14,174 nucleotides of DNA from NCBI GenBank assembly GCA_044866005.1, contig JBIOTN010000115.1, positions 1 to 14,174 of the forward strand. The letters run 5' to 3'. The stretch is from Candidatus Rokuibacteriota bacterium. GTDB lineage: Bacteria > Methylomirabilota > Methylomirabilia > Rokubacteriales > DASRDR01. Shown here in pieces: positions 1-5,782 of the stretch (positions are counted from its first letter, which is position 1; the number at the start of each line of letters is the position of its first letter). The notes under the pieces are model-generated. The model made no database searches and had not been told where the DNA came from. It saw only the letters and a program-made list of their open reading frames with translations. The position numbers were made by a program, and so were the translations under genes.

Positions 1-2
1 GT

Positions 3-10
3 CCTCCTTT
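3..10 (-). promoter_or_regulatory. Shine-Dalgarno (AAAGGAGG) for a further minus-strand gene starting just beyond the left edge
   Basis: The plus strand reads CCTCCTTT at 3-10, i.e. AAAGGAGG on the minus strand, 8 nt past the amidohydrolase stop. This implies the operon continues outside the window. Confidence 0.65.
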
Positions 11-18
11 CCTGCCGC

Positions 19-873
19 TCAGAAGCCGAGCAGCTCGAACGGCCGGCGGTAGATGATGTCCTCGATCAGCGGGTCGGGGATCCGGGGCAGCGTGACGCCG
101 GCGCCCCAGTCGTTGATCCGCGTGAAGGCGGTGACGGCCTCGCCGGTCGTCATGACGGGGAAGTCGGACCCGAACAGGAGCCGGTCGGTGACCCGGTACT
201 CGATGGCGACCTGGAGGCCCTGGTAGAGCTGCCAGCGGCGGTGGAAGCGCGCCGAGAGGTCGGCGAAGACGTTCTTGTTCTTCCGCATGAGGATGACCGT
301 CTCCTGCATCAGGGGCTGCCCGAGGTGGGCCACGACGAGGCGGAGCCGCGGGAAGCTCCGGGCCACCCGGTCGAGCAGGAACGGGTGGCCCCACTCGAGC
401 GCGCCGGCCGGATCGTAGACCCCGCCCATGTGGAACATGACCGGCACCTGGAAGTCGTCGGCCATCTCGTAGAGCCGCCAGGCCTCGGGGCTCCAGGGGT
501 CGAAGCCCTGGTAGACGGGGGAGAGCTTCAGGCCTTTTAGCCCCAGGTCCTTGATACTCTGCTCGAACTCCCGCGCGGCGCCGGGGTCCCCCGGGTCGAC
601 CGAGGCGAGGCCCGCGGCCCGGCCCGGGTACCGGGCCACGTACTCGGCGACGAACTCGTTGGGGACGACGTAGCCGGGGCGGCGCGGCACGCAGATCACC
701 ACGAACTTCTGGACCCCCGACGCCTCGATGGCCCGCTGGTGCTCGTCGGGCCAGGCCGCGCCGCCGATCACGCCGTGGGCCTGCATGGTGGCCCGCGCCT
801 CGGCGCTCTCGTGCTCGGGCAGCCAGCAGTGCGTGTGCCAGTCGATCAGCTCACCCCGGCCCGGACGATCCAT
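19..873 (-). CDS. Amidohydrolase family protein (Amidohydro_2-type metal-dependent TIM barrel), 284 aa
   Basis: N-terminal metal motif IDWHTH, GLKGLKL, VMFHMG, VVAHLG, ADLS and LLFGSDFP. ATG at 873, TGA at 19-21. Confidence 0.9.
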   Translation of the reverse strand: MDRPGRGELIDWHTHCWLPEHESAEARATMQAHGVIGGAAWPDEHQRAIEASGVQKFVVICVPRRPGYVVPNEFVAEYVARYPGRAAGLASVDPGDPGAAREFEQSIKDLGLKGLKLSPVYQGFDPWSPEAWRLYEMADDFQVPVMFHMGGVYDPAGALEWGHPFLLDRVARSFPRLRLVVAHLGQPLMQETVILMRKNKNVFADLSARFHRRWQLYQGLQVAIEYRVTDRLLFGSDFPVMTTGEAVTAFTRINDWGAGVTLPRIPDPLIEDIIYRRPFELLGF

Positions 874-897
874 CTCCCAGCCTTCCGGCGGTCGCAG

Positions 898-1599
898 TCA
901 GCGTCGCAGCGCCCAGTCCACGACCGGATCCAGCCAGGCCTTGTTCGGCGTGAGGAACAGCCCGTGGCCGCGACCTTCGTGCATGACCGCCTCCTTGAAC
1001 GTGACACCGGGCTTGTCGGCGAAGCTGCTCGCGCACGAGCCGGCCTCGGTGTCGCCTTCGTCGTAGATCGAGAAGATACGGCCCTGCGGTGGCCCGATCG
1101 CGGTGAGATCTGCCGGAGTCCTTCCGCCTCCAGCGAGCAGACAGCCTGCCATCACGACGAAGCTCACGCGCGGATTCCCGATCGTGGCGGTGGTGAGCAC
1201 CGCGATCGCCCCACCCTTGGAGAAACCGGTCACCGTGATGTGTTCGGGCGGAACGCCGGCGGAGAGCAGCTTCGCGACCTGGCCCGCCACGGTCGTGGCG
1301 TAAGGCGCGAGCTGGGTGGTGGGCGGGCGCACCTCGCCGATGACGACGAAGCCACGATGGGCGAACGCCCCGACCACCTCGTTGTAGAGGTAGGGCCCCC
1401 AGGGCGTCTTCGCCGTGGGTCCCTGGACCTCGATGGCGCGACCGTGCAGGTGGAAGAGGTAGCGGGCCGCCGGATCGATCGTCGGCGGCACATCGGTATG
1501 TATCGCGCGGTCCGCGCCGTCAGCGGAGCGCGCCGGGATGCTCAGGGCGAGAAGCAGTCCGGCGGCCGCCACGATCGCGATGCTCGCGAGGTGGTTCAT
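898..1599 (-). CDS. Secreted alpha/beta-fold hydrolase, 233 aa
   Basis: Hydrophobic N-terminus with an AxA-like cleavage region (signal peptide), YLFHLHG, nucleophile elbow G-F-S-K-G-G, and candidate Asp (YDEGD) and His (GRGHG). Starts 7 bp after the upstream stop. Confidence 0.8.
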   Translation of the reverse strand: MNHLASIAIVAAAGLLLALSIPARSADGADRAIHTDVPPTIDPAARYLFHLHGRAIEVQGPTAKTPWGPYLYNEVVGAFAHRGFVVIGEVRPPTTQLAPYATTVAGQVAKLLSAGVPPEHITVTGFSKGGAIAVLTTATIGNPRVSFVVMAGCLLAGGGRTPADLTAIGPPQGRIFSIYDEGDTEAGSCASSFADKPGVTFKEAVMHEGRGHGLFLTPNKAWLDPVVDWALRR

Positions 1600-1606
1600 C
1601 GCGCGT

Positions 1607-2734
1607 CTAGGACGACTGGAAGCGGGGCATGACCTTGGTGGCGAACAGCTCCAGGTTCCGCAGGGCGTGCTCGTGGGGGAGCCAGCCGTGGCCGTAGTCG
1701 AGGACGAGGTACTCCAGGCCGCAGACGTCCCGCAGCTCGTGGATCTTCTCGGCGACGTCCTCCGGGCTCCCCACGAGGAGGTGGCGCGAGGCGAGGAACT
1801 GCCAGTCCATCCGCATGTCCGGCCGCACCTCCTCGCCGGGATTCATGAACACCTGCAGGCCGCGGAAGGGGTTGTTGTAGGTGAAGATCGACATGATCCC
1901 GTGCTCGGCGATGCGGCGGGCCTCCTCCATCGACGTGGCGACGAAGGTGTGCCGCAGGACGGCCTGGTCCTCCCCCAGCCGGAACGGCCGGCCCTCGCGC
2001 CGGGAGCGGATGTCGGCGTAGAGCGTGAACCGCTCCTTGAGCCGGCGCGGCGGGGGCTGCCAGTAGCAGGCCCGGAGCCCGAGCTCCGCGGCGCTCGTCA
2101 CCGACGCGTCGGTGGAGACGGTCATCCAGAGCGGCGGGTGCGGCTTCTGATACGGCTTGGGCGTCACGTTGAGCTTGACGACCCGGTCGCCGTCCTGCCA
2201 GACGGGATTGGACGGGAACTGGGGGTGCGAGAAGACGGTCGACGGCGCCGGGAACGTGTAGTTGGGTCCCTGGTGGGCGAAGAACTCCTGGGTCCACGCC
2301 ATCTTCACGATCTCGATCGTCTCCCGGAAGAGCGCGCGGTTCTCCTCCGCCTGCCGCGGATCGGCGTGGGGGTGGAACTGCGGCCCCTCGTAGGGCCAGA
2401 TCCCCCGGCCGAAGCCGACCTCGCCCCGGCCCTTGGTCAGCTGGTCCAGGACCGCGAGGTCTTCCGCCAGCCGGATGGGATGCCACCACGGCGCGATGTT
2501 GGCGAGCTGGCCCACGCGGATGCGCCGGGTGCGCGCGGCGAGGTCCGCGCCGACGAGGATGGCGTTGGGATCGTTGCCCATGCCGTGGGGCCCGAAGTGG
2601 TGCTCGCCGAGCCACACCGTCTCGAACCCCAGCTCGTCGGCCAGGACGGTCTGCTCGCGGAGCGTGTCGAGCAGCCGGTCGTGGGGCAGGCGGATGTGGG
2701 GATCGATCAGCGTGCTCATGGTGGCGAAGCGCAT
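1607..2734 (-). CDS. LLM-class (bacterial luciferase-like) flavin-dependent oxidoreductase, 375 aa
   Basis: C-terminal part of ORF 1607..3937. The real start is MRFATM at ATG 2734, with GAGGAG upstream. Motifs: ADELGFETVWLGEHHF, HPIRLAEDLAVLDQLTKGR, PKPYQKPHPPLW, VGSPEDV, LELFATKVMP. Confidence 0.92.
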   Translation of the reverse strand: MRFATMSTLIDPHIRLPHDRLLDTLREQTVLADELGFETVWLGEHHFGPHGMGNDPNAILVGADLAARTRRIRVGQLANIAPWWHPIRLAEDLAVLDQLTKGRGEVGFGRGIWPYEGPQFHPHADPRQAEENRALFRETIEIVKMAWTQEFFAHQGPNYTFPAPSTVFSHPQFPSNPVWQDGDRVVKLNVTPKPYQKPHPPLWMTVSTDASVTSAAELGLRACYWQPPPRRLKERFTLYADIRSRREGRPFRLGEDQAVLRHTFVATSMEEARRIAEHGIMSIFTYNNPFRGLQVFMNPGEEVRPDMRMDWQFLASRHLLVGSPEDVAEKIHELRDVCGLEYLVLDYGHGWLPHEHALRNLELFATKVMPRFQSS

Positions 2735-2768
2735 GGTCCGGGCTCCTCGGCGGTTTGCTGGCCTGGTG

Positions 2769-2779
2769 ATCGTACCACA
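2769..2779 (-). promoter_or_regulatory. Extended -10 promoter (TGTG-G-TACGAT) for the LLM operon
   Basis: The minus strand reads TGTGGTACGAT, matching TRTGnTAnnnT, about 35 nt upstream of ATG 2734. No recognisable -35. Confidence 0.6.
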
Positions 2780-2824
2780 CGCCCCTTCCGGTCGTCCCGC
2801 GTCGGTGCTAAGAGTGGTAACGCG

Positions 2825-3064
2825 ATGGACCTGCCGGCGGGGATCTTCAAGCGGTCGGCCCGGGGGATCGCCCAGGGTCTCAAGCGCTCGGTCCTCCGGA
2901 GCCGGCGGACCAAGGGGACGAAGTTCCAGTCGGCGATCTCCATGCTCAACCTCTACATCAACCGGAGCCACAGGGCCGGGCCAGGCGCTCCGCGTAGCGC
3001 CCGGCCGGCCGGTCACCACCGAGTGGAGCTGGGTGGCGCGGTGCTTCCGGTGCCGGACCGCTAG
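2825..3064 (+). pseudogene. DUF3175-like protein remnant (core intact, ends divergent)
   Basis: NAMDLPAGIFKRSARGIAQGLKRSVLRSRRTKGTKFQSAISMLNLYINR resembles the DUF3175 core as I recall it (ALDL..G.F....IA.SLKRS..S.RRK...F.SAMSML.FYINR). The expected N-terminal KWS..V segment and C-terminal helix are not recognisable, and there is no clear SD. TAG at 3062-3064 abuts the fpg ATG. Confidence 0.6.
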
Positions 3065-3844
3065 ATGCCCGAACTGCCGGACGTCGAGGTCTTCAGGCGC
3101 TGCCTGGAGGCGACCGCCCTCCATCAGGCGATCGCGCGGGTGGACGTGCGGGACCGCGGCGTCCTGGGCGTGTCGCCCCGCGCGCTGCGGGGGGGCCTGG
3201 CTGGCCGCGCGTTCACGGGGACGCGGCGCCACGGGAAGCACCTCTTCGTGGCCACGGACGGCGGGCCGTGGCTCGTCCTCCACTTCGGCATGACGGGCTT
3301 CCTCGAATACTCCCGCACGGCGGACGGCGCCTCGCCCTACGCGCGCGTGGTCTTCGGCTTCGCGAACGGGGCGCGGCTCGCGTTCGACGACGTCCGGAAG
3401 CTCGGGCGCGTCTCGCTGACGGACGACGTGGACGCCTTCGTGGCCCGGCGCCGGCTCGGGCCCGACGCGCTCGCGCTCGACGCCGGCGCGTACCGGCGCG
3501 CGCTGGCGCGCCGCCGCGGGGGCGTGAAGGCGGCGCTCATGGACCAGACGTGCCTGGCAGGCATCGGGAACCTCTACGCGGACGAGATCCTCTTCCAGGC
3601 CGGGATCCATCCGCGGCGCGACGTGGCGACGCTCGGGGAGCGGCGGCGAGACCGGCTCTACCGCGCGATCCGCGGCGTGCTGCGCACGGCGATCCGGCAG
3701 GGCGTGGACGCCGACCGGTTCCCGCGCTCCTATCTGCTCCCGCGCCGGCGCGCGGGCGGGCGCTGCCCGCGGTGCGGCGGCCCTCTCCGGACGACCCAGG
3801 CGGCCGGGCGCACCGGCTACTTCTGCGCCCGCCACCAGCGCTAG
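3065..3844 (+). CDS. Fpg/Nei-family DNA glycosylase/AP lyase (MutM-like paralog), 259 aa
   Basis: Catalytic N-terminus MPELPDVE, RRHGKHL, HFGMTG, H2TH motif LMDQTCLAGIGNLYADEILFQAGIHP, and C-terminal zinc finger CPRC...GRTGYFCARHQ. Confidence 0.93.
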   Translation: MPELPDVEVFRRCLEATALHQAIARVDVRDRGVLGVSPRALRGGLAGRAFTGTRRHGKHLFVATDGGPWLVLHFGMTGFLEYSRTADGASPYARVVFGFANGARLAFDDVRKLGRVSLTDDVDAFVARRRLGPDALALDAGAYRRALARRRGGVKAALMDQTCLAGIGNLYADEILFQAGIHPRRDVATLGERRRDRLYRAIRGVLRTAIRQGVDADRFPRSYLLPRRRAGGRCPRCGGPLRTTQAAGRTGYFCARHQR

Positions 3845-5199
3845 CGCACCGAAGCCCCGGCAGCCGCCGTGGCCACGGGATGCAACACGTCGAGGCTCCA
3901 GGCCAAGTCCAGCCGTTCCCCAAGCCAGCCCGGGCACGCACTCCGCGCGTCCAGGCGGAGGCCGTGCGCCTCGTTCCGCGCCCGGAGAGCCTCGGCCGGA
4001 TCGCTAGGGGTCGGCGGGGGCGGCGGAATCGCCGGGAGTGCCCGGCCATCCGGCCGCCGGAAGCCGAGTGTGCCGTCGGGCTCCGATTGGATGTCGTAGC
4101 CCTCTTCGTGGACCGCGCGGTGATGCCGGCGACACAGGAGGACGAGGTTGGAGAGACTGGTCGGCCCGCCTTGGGCCCAGTGGCGGATATGATGGCCCTG
4201 GCCGAACCGGACTCCGCAGCCCGGGAATCGGCAGCCCTGATCTCGGTGTTGGAGCGCGCGCCGGAGCGCGGGCGGAATCGTCCGACTCCGGGCTCCCACC
4301 TCCAGGAGGTGCCCATCCCAGTCGTGCCGCATCACCACGCGGCTCGCGTCGCACGCCAGGCGCTGCGACGTTTCCGCGGAAACGTGCGCCCCGTCCTCCA
4401 GGACCGACTGGCCGGGCTGCTCCGCATCCGCCAGCACCGGGGCGTCCACGTGGACCACTACCTGGTAGCGCTCCCCCGGGGCGCCGGGATCCAGCTCGTG
4501 GCGCAGCGCGCTCTCCGCCAGCACGGCCAGCGCGTCCGCCTGCTGCTGGGCCATGGGCGGCGGTTCCGCGGCCGGGTCCTGCCTGTCGGCCGCCGTCGCC
4601 TCCCGGCGGGCCTGTCGGTACAGGGCTTCGCGAGCGGCCTCGAGCGCCCGCAGGAGCAGCGCGCCGACCTCTGGCTCGAGCCGCCCCCGCAAGATGACCA
4701 TGCCGTCCTCGTCCGTATACACGTGGAGCGACCGGCTCGCGTGCCGCTTGGAAGTCTCCTCGGCCTCGGCCAGACGATCCAGCCGCCGCCAGCCCCGCAC
4801 GAGCCGCTCGACCTGGGCCGCCGTGCCGGCCCGGGCCACCGCCAGGAGGCGCGCCTCGGTCTCGGGTGTGGCCACCCGCGTCACCGCCCGCACCTTCGAG
4901 TACGATAACTCGCCGCGCGCAAGGGCCGCCCCGAGCCCAGGCAGCGTCCCGAGCGCACGCGCCACCCGAACCCGCTCGCGGGCCGCCCCGAGGTCGAGCC
5001 CCACCCGCCAGCTCAGCCACTCCGCACAGGAGCGGAAGCCGTTAGCCCAGCCGCCCCGGGCGTCGAACTCCCGGATCAGGTCGAGCAGCCGGGCCGTGGC
5101 CGCGTCGAGGTGCGCCGACAGCTCCGCGATCGCGTCGCCCAGCCGGTCCAGGTCGTCCACAGGTCGGGGGGCGAGAGCGCCCGGTGAATGCCCCTCCAT
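3841..5199 (-). CDS. DUF222-domain HNH endonuclease (13E12-repeat-like family), 452 aa
   Basis: ATG at 5199 with AAAGGAGG at 5213-5206. N-terminal IAELSAHLDAA..RLLDLIREFD...W..GFRSCAEWL..R.GL. C-terminal HNH: RRAL.HRDQGCRFPGC, GHHIRHW..GGPT.L.NLVLLCRRHHRAVHE. Its stop overlaps the fpg stop at CTAG. Confidence 0.9.
   Translation of the reverse strand: MEGHSPGALAPRPVDDLDRLGDAIAELSAHLDAATARLLDLIREFDARGGWANGFRSCAEWLSWRVGLDLGAARERVRVARALGTLPGLGAALARGELSYSKVRAVTRVATPETEARLLAVARAGTAAQVERLVRGWRRLDRLAEAEETSKRHASRSLHVYTDEDGMVILRGRLEPEVGALLLRALEAAREALYRQARREATAADRQDPAAEPPPMAQQQADALAVLAESALRHELDPGAPGERYQVVVHVDAPVLADAEQPGQSVLEDGAHVSAETSQRLACDASRVVMRHDWDGHLLEVGARSRTIPPALRRALQHRDQGCRFPGCGVRFGQGHHIRHWAQGGPTSLSNLVLLCRRHHRAVHEEGYDIQSEPDGTLGFRRPDGRALPAIPPPPPTPSDPAEALRARNEAHGLRLDARSACPGWLGERLDLAWSLDVLHPVATAAAGASVR
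4368..4385. repeat. Perfect 18-bp palindrome ACGTTTCCGCGGAAACGT inside the HNH gene (encodes HVSAETS)
   Basis: ACGTTTCCG at 4368-4376 and its reverse complement CGGAAACGT at 4377-4385, with no spacer. Confidence 0.95.
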
Positions 5200-5224
5200 G
5201 ACAAGCCTCCTTTCGCTCGACGCG

Positions 5225-5230
5225 ACTCTA
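5225..5230 (-). promoter_or_regulatory. Candidate -10 element (TAGAGT) for the DUF222-HNH gene
   Basis: TAnnnT match about 11 nt upstream of the SD. No -35 at canonical spacing. Confidence 0.35.
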
Positions 5231-5346
5231 CACCCGGTTTTCGGAGCGGCCTGGAAGGCTCGACGATCGCGGGTTCGCGGCGGACAATGATTTTCGGCTC
5301 CGTCCCACTCGCCCGCGCCCGTGCGCGGCACTAGCGGATCGCCCAG

Positions 5347-5367
5347 GCGCCGTCTACCGGACGGCGC
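5347..5367. other. GC-rich stem-loop GCGCCGTC-TACCG-GACGGCGC
   Basis: Perfect 8-bp stem with a 5-nt loop in intergenic DNA. There is no U-tract, so terminator function is unproven. Confidence 0.55.
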
Positions 5368-5458
5368 GGACAGCCGGCCACCCGGCCCCAGTGGACGTGT
5401 CAAGCACAAAATGCGAGGGCCGCCGGGCCGGTGAGGTGCTGAGGGCAGGAGGAGACGT

Positions 5459-5764
5459 GTGATGGGACGCCGGCCCGATCCAGCCGCGCTCGCGCGCATC
5501 GCGCGCGCCGTGCGGGCCGGCCGGGCGTGTCCCCTCGCCGGGAAGGGCGGCCGCCCGGTGCCCGGCGAGGGGCCGGCCGACGCCCGCGTCTTCGTGGTCG
5601 GCCAGGCACCCGGCGCCGCGGAGAGCCGGACGGGCCGCCCGTTCGTCGGCCTGGCCGGGCGGGCGCGCGACGAAGCCCCTGCTCGAGGGCGAGTGGCGCT
5701 GAGCGGTCGGGGGCCCTCGACGGCCTCCTCGACCTGCCCTGGATTTCGGCGACGCCAGGTTTGA
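5459..5764 (+). pseudogene. Truncated family-4 uracil-DNA glycosylase (N-terminal fragment)
   Basis: SD AGGAGG at 5447-5452. The ORF reads VRAGRACPLA...PVPGEGPADARVFVVGQAPGAAESRTGRPFVGLAGR, the UDG-F4 N-terminus (motif A region and GRPFVG). Similarity stops at about 5662 and I see no later KCRP or HP motifs. The first Fe-S Cys codon reads GGC (5519-5521). Confidence 0.82.
5710..5730 (-). repeat. Degenerate inverted copy of the terminal REP-like element
   Basis: GGGGCCCTCGACGGCCTCCTC matches the reverse complement of 14150-14170 (GGGGGCCTCGACTGCCCCCTC) at 18/21 positions without gaps. Confidence 0.55.
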
Positions 5765-5782
5765 GAGTCGGGCTGGCCCATC

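Larger units (their letters stand above)
3841..5336. mobile_element. Putative DUF222-HNH insertion unit bounded by a CTAGCG direct repeat
   Basis: CTAGCG occurs at 3841-3846 and 5331-5336. The gene lies opposite to the flanking repair genes. No transposase and no convincing terminal inverted repeats, so the boundaries are inferred. Confidence 0.3.

Noticed and set aside
2735..3937. 776-aa ORF suggesting a long N-terminal extension of the LLM protein
   Set aside because: The extension is the antisense shadow of fpg and the DUF3175 remnant. The SD, promoter and family N-terminus all point to ATG 2734.
4368..4385. Genuine chromosomal parS site
   Set aside because: The core is CGCG rather than ACGT and the outer bases differ (10/16 match), with no parAB or origin genes nearby. 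It is retained only as a parS-like box.
5398..5403. Minus-strand TTGACA as the -35 of the HNH gene
   Set aside because: No TAnnnT at 16-18 bp (the sequence there is TGGCCG), and it is far from the candidate -10 at 5230-5225.
3841..5460. CRISPR, TIGR or other guide array associated with the HNH nuclease
   Set aside because: No regularly spaced repeat-spacer units are visible on either side of the gene or elsewhere in the window.
5200..5781. N-terminal extension of the HNH ORF (646 aa)
   Set aside because: Low-complexity Arg/Pro/Ala sequence antisense to the UDG fragment. A strong SD supports ATG 5199.
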